64,000 nt of DNA from Blasia pusilla (lineage: Eukaryota). A program made the position numbers and the translations under genes. The number at the start of each line of letters is the position of its first letter. Within the stretch, counting starts at the first letter, position 1. Shown one piece after another: positions 53,216-64,000 of the stretch. The stretch is taken from positions 10,912,001 to 10,976,000 of the forward strand of contig CM114271.1 in the NCBI GenBank assembly GCA_050084515.1. Direction: 5' to 3'. The notes beneath the pieces were generated by a model, which saw nothing but the letters and a program-made list of their open reading frames with translations, was not told the DNA's origin and did not search any database.

Positions 53216-55339
53216 GGACAAAAAAAACCCAGACTGACTCTCATTCTACACATCATTCATTCAATAATTGAAATTATTGTACAGGAATATAGCCTTACCC
53301 GAATCTGACTCGTTGCGGATCGGAGTGGGTACTCGTTTTTTATGATCCATGATTGTGCCGTCCTCCACTTTAGCAACCTCTTGACGACTTTGGAGGTTGA
53401 AGAGCTCCTCCTCGCTCCCTCGGTCCAACACCAAGAAGCAGCCCCTGTCACTCGGATAGGCGTCGCAAAGGAGAACAAAAGTGCAACTGGTCATAAGTGA
53501 GCGGCAGATTCCACTCGGTACCTCGTCCGCCATATTTTCGCCCCAAAGTCGCAACCCGAGGGGCAGATCGGCGATCAATAGATCCACCGCAACCTCTTCC
53601 ACCACTCCATTCACCGCCCGCAGCGTGCCCGTTTTGTTGGAGCTTCCTTCCCAACGTTGTCAATTTTTCGATGGCGGTTGTCGACGCTTGAGAATGAAGT
53701 CGTATTCACTCATCCCAAGAAAGAGGTGAATCGAAGGAGGACGCTTGTCCGGTCGTTGTTTGTCTGTGTCTTCCCAAGGATGATGGGTCTGTATTCTCCT
53801 TGGGACAACCGGGCACCTCTCGCTTCGCTTCTCTCTAGTATGAGGACGGCGTCTTTGTGGGGTTTCGATGACCTCGGATTCTAGTGGCGTTTTCTTCGCC
53901 GAGGACCTGGTCCGACCCTCTCTTCCCGCTCTCGTTCGACGATTCCGCCTCTGGCCTCTCATCTTCAGGCTCTCTTTGGGAAGTCTCGGCCTCTGAATTT
54001 TTCCTCCCCTCGCCTTGCCTTTGAGACCCGCTGTGGATTTGTCTTTGGCTGTCCGGACCTTGGAAGCCAACTCAATCTGCCTCGTGGCCTGCTCTTCAGC
54101 ATCTCCTCCGAAGAAGTCTTCAGTCTGGACAAAATTGGGGATGTCGTCTTGTCCCGAGGCCACTGCATCATGAAGCACTCGTAAGTCCTTATCCGCGATG
54201 TCTTCAGGGTCGTTGAAGTCGAGCCAAATGGGGCAATTCTCCACCTCCCAATCCGACATGTGCTGACCCATCTCCACGTCGTACATGGAGAATGTCTCTG
54301 CATCCGGCGGCTGGAAATTTTTCCCACGTACCTGCGTTCTTACACTGGATGAGGTACCTGAATACCATCCGTTGGGCAGCTTTTAGTCGAAAATTATCGG
54401 CCGTCTGCTCCTGTAGATCTCGCTTCTTCTTTGCTTGATCCCGTTTGTTACCCTCTACTTCTTCGTCAAGCTCTGCCTGAGGGAGGACGCAAACCTTGAA
54501 CATGGTCTTGAATCCAGGGTTCTTGGTTGGCTTGTCCCGGATGTCGTCGAGCCAAACCTCGTAATCTCCAAGAACTTTCAAGGTTTGCTTTCGGCGGAAT
54601 GGGCTCTAATCTTCTGAGCTCCGCTTGCAGACCGTCCAGCACGGACTTCCCGATTACCCACAACGCGTCCCAGAACGACCATTCGCGTAGCCAATGCGAG
54701 ATCACTGGATCGGACACCTGGAGGATGGTGTGCCGCCCTCTTCGGGCCTCGAGCCTCGAGACTGATTTTCATCGATCGTATCCTCTGAACTCGCTAATCC
54801 CGGATAACGCAAAACAATGCACGCGATCCAGCGACACTTTCTCCCCAATCCGACCATGCGGATCTTCATCCCTCTTCCGCTGACGCTTGCTAATCGCCTT
54901 GAGCTCCTTGTAGAACTCCGGACCAAGTTCGGGGTTGAGAATGCTGATGTATCGCTGCATCTTGCTCGCCGTGTATTTCGTTGCAGCAGATATAGCAGCT
55001 TGGATGAATTTGGCGTGCTCAGACGTAGATACCTTCTCCCTCCGCTTCGGCTCCAGTGCAGCGCTTTTCTTCGTGCCCGTATCTTCGACCAGCAAAGGAT
55101 GGTTACGGCTGCATCTTGAGAAATAAACTTGTTTGCCCAAGTTTTCTTCTTAATTTGAGCACCCTTTGCAAGCATCTGATTGACGAGGGCATCGCCCAAG
55201 AACCCCCTGTACTCTCCTGGGTACGTCGTAAGCACCTTCCTCACCCGATCGCAGTCCTGGATCCAATGGTGGGTAACATTCCCCTCCGATACAATCCTGC
55301 ACATCCAAACTCAACCCGTCAGGAAATTACATTGGTTCC

Positions 55340-56167
55340 TGCAACCCGTCGGACTCCGACGGGTCGTCACAGCTCTGGGTCGGATTCTAGCAACAAGCTA
55401 AATGATGCAACCCGTCGGAGTCCGACGGGTTGCATTCAGATTTGCTAATGCCAGGTAAGCAACTCGTCGGACTCCGACGGGTTGCTGGACTGCACGCTTT
55501 TTCGGATGTTTTTTTAAGATTGCAACTCGTCGGACTCTGATGACTTGAATGATTGAACATAGATTTAACAAGTTGTTGGCCCAAAGCAAACCGTCGGAGT
55601 CCGACGGGTTGCTCGATAGACCGCCTTGTGAGGTTGTTTTTTTAAGAATGCAACTCTTCGGACTCCGACAAGTTGCTCGAGTGACTGCAGGTTTAGAAGG
55701 TTTTTGCCCCAAAGCAACCCGTCGGAGTCCGACGGGTTGCTTGCCTCGAAGCTATTTTTCCCTAATCAACCCGTCGGACTCCGACGGGTTGATTTCGGCC
55801 AAAAACAGTTTCGAGGCAAGCAACCCGTCGGACTCTGACGGGTTGCTTTGGGGCAAAAACCTTCTAAACCTGTAGTCACTCGAGCAACTCATCGGAGTCC
55901 GACGAGTTGCCTTCTTAAAAAAACAACCTCACAAGGCGGCCTGTGGAGCAACCCGTCGGACTCCGACGGTTTGCTTTGGGCCAAAAACTAGTTAAATCTA
56001 TGTTCCATCAAACAAGTCGTCGGAGTCCGACGAGTGTCAATCTTAAAAAGACATTCGGAAAACCGTGCAGTCTAGCAACCCGTCGGAGTCCGACGAGTTG
56101 CTTTCTGCCTAAACAAACCTAACCCATTCATCAATCGAGCAACTCGTCGGAGTCCGACGAGTTGCAA
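55340..56167. repeat. Palindrome array (14 units) in intron 2 of copy 3, containing a 647-bp inverted repeat
   Basis: Centres at 55354, 55420, 55472, 55535, 55599, 55663, 55727, 55779, 55833, 55897, 55961, 56025, 56088 and 56152. Confidence 0.95.
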
Positions 56168-57742
56168 AAGTGTTAAAGATACTTACATGTTCATGGCATG
56201 CATTGCCATCTCCACCGTCGCCATGTGATGAGGGTATGGGTGAAGGACCACTGCCTTCACGCAGAAATGTGCCTCCAATGAGTTGGGGCGCTCCTCCGCA
56301 AACTTGGTCCACGCCATGAACCTGTGATTTCCATCCCAGATGAAGAAATGCAGATTCCTCATCCACTGAATTCCGTGCCCTCAACTTGCCTTCAAGTCCT
56401 GGTCTCGCATCCTCCGAATGTGTCGAGATTTTCCAAGTCCTCCTCGGTAACTGAGCTTGGGTTCCATGCTCGTCAAAAGGTGAACATAGAAGGGAGGAAA
56501 AGCGTCCACGAGGGATCTTTGTCGCCGCCGATTGTTTTAGCTTTGCGATGTCCTCGTCGGACTGTATCTCGCGGACGTATTCCATTGTCCTTAATCGGCA
56601 GAGTGGAATCCTCGGGCGTTGTGGCCCTCCATGAGTGCCTTCTGCTTTACCACCTGTCAGAACCGGGACAAGAGGAATAAGCTACACTAAAATCCCAATG
56701 AATTGCAATTCACATAATTAAAAAAACCCAGAACCTCTCTTACCCGCTCGAAAATGGAGTCGGTTTCTTGACCAGCTAACTTGTCTGAGACAGGGGCTGG
56801 AAAATCGACTGGGAACTCGTCAATCCAATAGAGGTCGATGTCCTCCACCGGGCTTGGAGTCGAGAATGACCGCTCTCCGGCTTCTTCCGCCATGTCCACC
56901 ATCTCCACGCTGGCGGTCCTCATGACCTCGTCGTCATCGAGTTGAACTGGTGTTGTTTCCACTATGTTGATTGTGTCCCCGGACTTCGTGGGGGACATTT
57001 CCCGCATCTCAACACTTGGGGTTGGACGGGCTAGGCTATCGTCAATGGCTATCGCTTTTTCCCGCCTCGCTTTAGCCAATTCCGCCCTCCTCACCGATGC
57101 GTCCAGACGCTTCTTTTCTCTCTTTTCGTCGGCGATCCTTTTCTTCAAGGCCTGCGACGTCTCGGCCTCTTCGTTCTGTTTATCTAGCGCCGCTTGAACA
57201 CGTCTCGCCAGAAGCACTTGGTTGTGCATCTCCGCTTCCCTTTCCCGCTCCTTGATTTCCTGCTGCCTAATTTCATTCGCCGAACGAGGCGCAGGAGAAG
57301 CTGACACAGGAGTCCTAATGGACTTGGGAGTGAAGCTCCCGGACTTGTTGGCTTGTGTTTTTTTCCTCGTCATTTTTGCCGGAAATGCCTCCGCCTATGT
57401 CCACGACGAATCCCTTGATCAGTCGCCTTGCTGATGTCGAGATGGGAGCTCGTCTCGCCTTGGTGGTTAGCTCGAATCGTCCCGATATCGCTCAGTCGAA
57501 CCGTCTCGCTCTCGTTCTGTCCTATTGACTCGCGATGTGTCGCCGCGTGAAATTCCCCTTCGTATCTGATCAGCTGCTGCGTGGGAGAGTGAGGAGTGAG
57601 GAATGAAGATCGCAAAATGAGAAACCGGAAATGAGCGACTTCTGCCCTATTTATACTTTTCTAGCCGTTGGGCTGACCGTTGGGTCCCGTTGTCCTTTCG
57701 ACGGCAACGTGCCGAATGTTACGTGGGTCCGGACGTGAAAAA

Positions 57743-58430
57743 TCGCAACCCGTCGGAGTCCAACAAGTTGCACGGCTCCGCCATCCTGGGTACGTCGCCA
57801 CGTGCGCGAGCAACCCGTCGGAGCCCGACGGGTTGAGCGCCTCCGTAGTCTTCGGAAAAGAACGAGAGGTACCCGCGCAACCCGTCGGAGACCGACATGT
57901 TGCGTGCCTCCGCCATCCTGCGAACGCCGCAAGACGCGTCGTGCGAGCAACCCGTCGGAGACCGACGGGTTGAGCGCCTCCTTCGTCTTCGGAAAACAAC
58001 GTGAGGTACCCGCGCAAGCCGTCGGAGACCGACATGTTGCGCGCCTCCGCCGTGTTTGGGACGGGAACGGGACGTATTTTGGGCAATCCGTCGGAGACTA
58101 TTGGGTTGCACCCTTCCCTTATCAAGGGTTAGGAACGATGGCTTCCCGTGCAAGTCGTCGGAGTCTGGCTAGCTGCACCACAAGGCGACGCCCTTGCGCA
58201 ACCCGTTGGACGGTGACGGGTTGCACGCCTCGCTGGGAACACACGGTTTGCACGCCTCCGGCATCTTCGAGCAAGAAGGAGTGGTATCCCAGCAAGTCGT
58301 CGGAGAGCGACGGGTTGCTCGCTTCGACAATGTTTAGCAGAAGCGTGCAACCCGTCCGATGCCGACGGGTTGCAAGCTTCGGTAAGCTTCGGGTAATTTC
58401 TGAGTTACCAGGACTCCGACGGGTTCCAAG
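57743..58430. repeat. Intergenic palindrome array of copy 3 (65-70 bp period)
   Basis: Centres at 57758, 57823, 57890, 57960, 58027, 58096 and further degenerate units. Confidence 0.9.
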
Positions 58431-58649
58431 TGATGCGCAACCCTCTGCTTCCCAAATCCGGTAACATATTGCAACACAATTGAATGTGTTACAGAATTGG
58501 ATCCATTGTGTCAGAAAATTTCCCCACCGAATTCATCTTGTCAGTAAAAATCTGTCAGGAGTATCTGTTTCCTATTCACTATAAATTAAATATTCTCATT
58601 CTCATTCTCATTCTCATTCTCAGTCTCCTCCCGTAGGAATCTTCTTGGA

Positions 58650-61600
58650 ATGGATAATTATGTTAAGCTCACTTGTGGCAGTCATCTGGCGGCCCTTCCT
58701 CAATCAAAAATCATTCGACCCCAAGCTCGTGAGTCTTTCGTAGCAGTGGATGAAAATTTTCTGTCTGTTCGATTTCTTCTTCAAATTGGAACCATCTTTG
58801 TATCCAAAGATGTTAGGGTGGAAGGTACGGAAGACATAATAGGTGAGACGGTCCAGCCAGTGACCTCAGACCGTAAAGTATGGAATCTCCTACCTGTCGC
58901 AAATGGTCAATACAGAGTTTACGGCCTGCCCCTGAATTCATCTGTTTCCCAAGTAGACGGTCTAGAATTTCCTAGTGCTCCGAGCTCCACGTTTGCAACT
59001 CCAAGCTCTGCAGATCCGGCCGACTCCAACCGCACTTTTCGTAACAATGTTGTTCTTCTTGAAGAGATTCCGGATGTTATCAACCTCGGCGGATCTGGCC
59101 GGACACCAATCGGACCGTGTCCGCCTACTGTTCCTCTTGCGAGTATCGGCAATAGTTTGCTTTCGTCTCGCCCTTGAAAATGTTCAAGCATATTCTTGTC
59201 GACGAGCCGCCGCCACGCACGATGGTAATCGCATTTTTGAGTTGCCTCCACTTGCCGCTCTGCTCAAAAGAAGGATGGAGGACGCCTGAAGGGTATGGAC
59301 GAAAAGTCGATTGTCATCAATGGTGCAGGCTTCAACGGACGGTGCTTCCATCCCAGATGGTCCTTGGATTGTCTCCCGCCGCCAATGCGTGGGAGCCTTG
59401 GAGTGTAAGTCCAGCATGCCCGTATCTAGAGCGCAACGGGCGAGTCAATACGTCGCAATTCCCCCCCAAGAATGCAGAAACTCCATACGAGGTGGGTGCC
59501 ACAATACCTCCGGGAGGCCATCGATGTCCTCATTGTCAGGCATCGCCCTTCTGCATTGGAGCGTGTCCTGGATACATATTTTTCATTGTCCATGACTTGG
59601 GCTCCACGTCAGAGTATACAAGGCTGGCAGTTCATGTTGGCTCCCACACTCATCCTGTGACCGATGCAATTCAAAGACACATCAAGTAGGATGTGGCGAA
59701 GAAAGTAGCCGAGGTCTTCAGAAACTCTTCGGGTTCAAAGCCCGGGGTGATCAAGCTCACAACGGCATCACAAATTTGTGAACAATTGCTTGGAATCCCT
59801 GGACAGGGCGAGATCACAGCGGTTGAGGAGAAACAACTCGGGAAAATCTCGCATTTTCGCTGATCCCGAATGCTTCAGAATTTTCTTTGCGTCATATACG
59901 AGTTCGGATGGAAAGACGGCCGAAATGGATGCCATCGCGAGTAATCAAGGCCAACTCCAGGTTTCCATTCATTCAGAGATGGCGTTCATGGGCCAAGGAG
60001 GCGAGGATCCAGGGCCTATGTCTTCAAAATGTCAACCACAGTCCGTCGAGTGGCCTCGATCTTATAGATCGAATGAGGGAAGGGGAAGATCTTTACGGGA
60101 GCTGGGTCAGCTTTGATATTTGCTACAGAGTGCGGAACGGATGGTTGACAATGGGTGCTCACGTTTATGACCATGTGGAGAAGGGACTCAAAACTATATT
60201 TGTGTGTGAAGTAAAGGCAGAAGATGTTGGCAGTTTGGAGATGTGCTTGTTACTCTTATTGGAGGTGGTGAAGGAAAACAAAAGGCCACCTCCGGAAATT
60301 TATGGGTTCATGGCGGACAATGCACAACCTGGGTGGATTGCTATCCGGGAAGTGTTCTGGGGTGGAGAGGTTCAACATGAGAGGGAAAGGTCGGATGCTT
60401 TCCATTGGCAACAGTTTATGACCCGGTACACCAAATCTTGCATCAAGGAGAATAAGAGGACGGAGCATGTCACTCTACTCCAACGCTGCAAGGACAGCAA
60501 AACCTTGAAGCAGGCCATGGACTGCCAGGAAGAACTTCATGGGTGGTGGAGGAAGCATGCAATTGAGGGGAAGTACAAAGAGTTGTGCTCTTGGTTGAGT
60601 TGGTGGACTGCACGTATGAGACAATGGGGAAACTTCATGCGGCAGGTGAGTTCACTATTTTGTCTTGTCAAGCTCACGCTGAGAATTGTTTGTAAAGTTG
60701 TAGCTCAGGGTGAGAAGCGTGGGAATTATATGGATTTCAAACCCAAGAGACCAAGCAAGCTGTCGGATGCGACGGGTTGCCCGAGTGTGCAACCCGACGG
60801 AAACCGACGGGTTGCCCGAGTGTGCAACTCGACGGAAACCGACGGGTTGCCCGAGTGTGCAACCCGACGGAAACCGACGGGTTGCCCAAGGGTGCAACCC
60901 GACGGAAACCGACGGGTTGCATCCACATGTTTGGTGTCGTCCCGGGTGTGCAACCATTCGGGACCCAACGGGTCACAGAGTCGTTCATGGGATGCCTCGG
61001 CCTTGCAACCCGTCAGGTTCCGACGGGTTGTAGTAGATGGGTTTAAGGTTACAACACGTCGGGACCCGACGGGTCGCAGAGTCGTTCATGGGATGCTCGG
61101 CCCGCAACCCGCCTGGTTCCGGCAGTCGCTTATTTCTTTGACTCCTGGGTTATTTTCGTTCCCTTCTAACATTGCCGTCGTTGCAGGGATTGAACGTTCA
61201 TGAAAATGCCCTCTGCCCCAACACAAGTGGAGCAGAAAGTGTTCATTCCTCTTGGAGGTCGTCACAAGCATGCCAATGAATTTCACTTGTGGAGGCATGC
61301 CAACAAGACAGGCAAGAGCAATGCTATCTGGCAAAGATCCCATATCTTTCTCACAAAAGGCATAACAAAAGGAAAAGGGCCGTCGATCTACGAGCTCTAT
61401 GTCGTATTTGTGAGATCTGGTGATGAAAAATTGTATGTCGAAGCCTTCAACCGGTGCATAGGTGGAACTCCACTCGAGCAAGACGTACACATTGGTGGGG
61501 ATATTCGTGGGCGGGTTTCAAGACGTCCCATACAGATGGTGGTAGAGCAAAGCGGTCAACGAGACTCGTGGAGACCGGGATAAGTATCTTAACTTCAGCG

Positions 61601-62674
61601 GTGAAGAGGCAAAAGATCGAGAACGAATCCGGTGATTGATTTGGATGAGGAAATTACACCGTCCAGGTATTCGGGGACCCCGGACCCGTCCCAAATCCGT
61701 GATGGAGTTACTTCTCCAAAATCAGTGAATGTTTTATTTTAAAAGCCCTCCGTTCTTTGGAAGTTCGCAACATCCCGCCACCGGGTGGTTCAACAATATG
61801 GGATTCGGTAATGGAGGTGGATTGCAACCTAAAACGGTGGCATATATCTCGGAGCTACCAGACGTGGACCCCCTGCAGGCGGGATCTCGATGGCATTAGG
61901 AGAGCATGCGGCACTTTCCTAAATAAGAACTACATAAGGACCGAGGACCTCTCGCTGGGTTTTGGGGACTCAAAACCTTTGATCGTTTCACGAGGACCGG
62001 GAATCAATTGAAGTACTTCTTCCGCCCAAATGAATCTTGCGCTTTCGGAAGTCTTATCCGCCGCCATTGAGCTCCCGGGAATACCCCACGATTTGGCCCA
62101 TCGCCGCAGCACAAACCGCACTCAAGACGAAGTGGACAATCTTACAAGTGCGGTTTTTGACTCAGAGACGGGGAAGTTCGGAGCATGTTCAGCATTAGAG
62201 ACCTTCGATTTTAAGTATTCAACCCAAGATTGATGTCAATATGTACCGGAGAAGGTGGATGATCTCAATCCATTATTTATGTTTGAGTCTAGAAATGGGG
62301 TGAAGAGAAACAGAATGTGCAGGCCAACCAGTGGAGAGAGCAAAGCTTAATTGCATCACTCGGGAGGCAAAAATGGAGATCATCGCCACGAAAGATGTCT
62401 TGAGTGGCAATGGAATAGGAAGGATGTATTGGGTCAGAACAACACAGTAAATTCAAGTGTCACAGGGTGTATGTGGTGCACATTTGTTGCTTTCCCACAT
62501 GTTCATGTGATGACTTTGTCCAAAGAGAGACAAGTGGCAAAAGGTATTTCCCTTGTAAGCACATGTACTATGTGTTCTTTGGTAGTTTTAAGAGAGTCGG
62601 AGGTAGGAGTAGGAATCCACCAACCAATTCTGTCCCTCAAAGAAGTGCAAAGTATTTTAAACAAACCACTTTGA
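58650..62674 (+). pseudogene. MULE/Mutator-like DDE transposase with an N-terminal Cys/His (WRKY/GCM-like) finger and a C-terminal SWIM finger; intron 60646-61186
   Basis: D1 SFDICY (60115), D2 FMADN...AIREVF...DAFHWQQ (60316), and E in NTSGAESVH (61235, in frame after splicing). SWIM motif CSCDDF...PCKH at about 62498-62563. Frameshifts present. Confidence 0.85.
60761..61080. repeat. 35-bp tandem repeat of a palindrome variant, plus further units, in the transposase intron
   Basis: TGCAACCCGACGGAAACCGACGGGTTGCCCGAGTG starting at 60788, 60823, 60858 and 60893. Confidence 0.92.
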
Positions 62675-63086
62675 GGATGCAAAATGAGGTTTTAGATTGT
62701 ACTTTTATTTTTCCTCAACCTTCACTTTGAGCTTGAACTCTATTCAGCCCGGGGCAAATGATAGATTTTTTCCAGACCTTGGATGGAAAAAGTGATTGGT
62801 TCCACACTTATGATTCCACTGATTTTTCAGTTTTCTAAATTTTGTGCAATTTGCAACTCGTCGGACTCACAGGGGTTGCCAAAATATGGAAGAGGAAAAA
62901 AAAACTGTGGGATTGTTTAATAAATGAACAAAACAGTGCAAAAATATTCACACAAAAAGTTTCCTCTCTTCAACCCAACGGAAACTCTCTTAAAAAAAAA
63001 GTATCTATTTCGGTTGAAGGTAGTTTCCTCTCTCCTCTCTCCTCTCTTCCTCTCTTCCTCTCCTCTTACCGCACCTCGCGGGGGGC

Positions 63087-64000
63087 CTTCCGGTCCACAC
63101 CCCTATGGGGTACTAAATGCGGGGAGGGGGAGGGATGTCCGCTCGTTCGTGCATCCGCGCCTCTCTGTCCGTCCGCGCCCCTACTCCGCGCCCTAAACCT
63201 AGCCTTTGTGACCTAACCTAGCCGCCTTTACTTGACAACCCCTTGACGGCTGCAAGATCCAAACCTACCCTTGTCTTCTCTCTCCCGACACTCTCGCTCG
63301 CGTACACCCGACGCCCCATCATACACTACTCTCGGCTGCTGTCCCCCGTCAATCCGCACTAGCAAAGTTTGAGAAAAATGGACAGCGCTTCCGCCCACGG
63401 CCTTCCGAACACAAAAATAACCAACACGTGCAATACACTCGTCTCCAGGGGCTCCCGACCAAGGCAACTCGCTTGCCTACCTGCAAACAATGAATTCCCA
63501 CCAGCCCCCTGACATCTTTCTCATGTAAAAATAAAGAGTAGTAAAAACGGCACACCCGGCCTAAAACTCCACTCCTCAATCTACATCGGCATATCAAGCC
63601 TCGTCCATCCCGTGCTATCAAGGAATCCGGACGCTAGCACCCTAGTCCCATCTCACACACATACAAGAGAGGTGCTCCAACGGCCCAACCTGAGAAAGAT
63701 GGCTTAGGAAAGCCATCTTCCTCTCTTATATAGGGTTGGGAAGAGCCAAAAGGCTCTTCCCCTAAAAATATTTATCCCCTTGGTAACCTGCGCGCATAGG
63801 TTACCAGGGGCGGGTGACCTGGTCAACAAGTCACCCGGTTGTGAAAGACCTCAACATGAAAGTTGTTAGAAATGACGTTCTTGACACAATGGACCTATCC
63901 TCAACCTCATCCGACATCGTGGGACAAAGTTACACTCAAGATAGTCAGCTGGCTCCTACGCCCTATCTATGATAGATCTCGGGCTATCGGCTACTCAGAT
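63087..64000 (-). mobile_element. LTR/leader of the DNMT-carrying gypsy family, running to the window end
   Basis: Reverse complement is highly similar to 25620-26430. Confidence 0.85.

Larger units (their letters stand above)
52030..57373 (-). pseudogene. Copy 3 of the MULE cargo gene: coiled coil + ParB/Srx-like + N6/N4-MTase-like; exons 57373-56744, 56653-56187, 55296-53299, 52596-about 52030
   Basis: All three introns are GT-AG and at the same positions as in copy 2. IWDGNHRF at about 56341-56318, VDLLIADLPLGL at about 53587-53552, and KPGDLVFDLVGLSG near 52380-52345. Disrupted mainly by 1-2 bp indels. Confidence 0.85.
50230..63077. mobile_element. Near-complete MULE/Mutator-like DNA transposon (copy 3) with divergent transposase and ParB-MTase cargo gene
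   Basis: 9-bp direct repeat GCGGGGGGC at 50221-50229 and 63078-63086. Imperfect purine-rich inverted ends (50256-50290 versus about 63037-63069). Both flanks belong to one interrupted gypsy leader. Confidence 0.8.

Noticed and set aside
55340-56167. CRISPR array (palindromic repeats of about 29 bp with linkers of about 35 bp)
   Set aside because: Eukaryotic intron, no cas genes, degenerate repeats, linkers that mirror each other and variable spacing. The resemblance is only superficial.

Overview
Eukaryotic, repeat-dense DNA from a land plant, probably seed-free or a bryophyte (inferred from the plant gene and transposon types). It holds one intact host gene, a 9-exon plastid-targeted tryptophan synthase alpha chain (minus strand, 19865-23501), inside nested and mostly decayed transposons. 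The most striking content is a MULE/Mutator-type DNA transposon family present three times. The best copy is about 12.85 kb (50230-63077) with a 9-bp target-site duplication. Divergent from its DDE/SWIM transposase it carries a spliced cargo gene encoding a ParB/Srx-like domain and a beta-class N6-adenine/N4-cytosine DNA-methyltransferase-like domain. Its introns and intergenic region hold dozens of copies of a 29-bp palindrome (TGCAACCCGTCGGA-N-TCCGACGGGTTGCA), often spaced 63-64 bp apart and locally nested into a 650-bp hairpin. A second, unrelated family (Ty3/gypsy) carries a DNMT3-like C5-cytosine methyltransferase after its protease and a PHD finger after its integrase. Also present are a chromovirus-type gypsy element with three LTR copies, a decayed copia element fused to it, and long GT/GA microsatellites. 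All domain calls come from motif recognition by eye; no database search was run.
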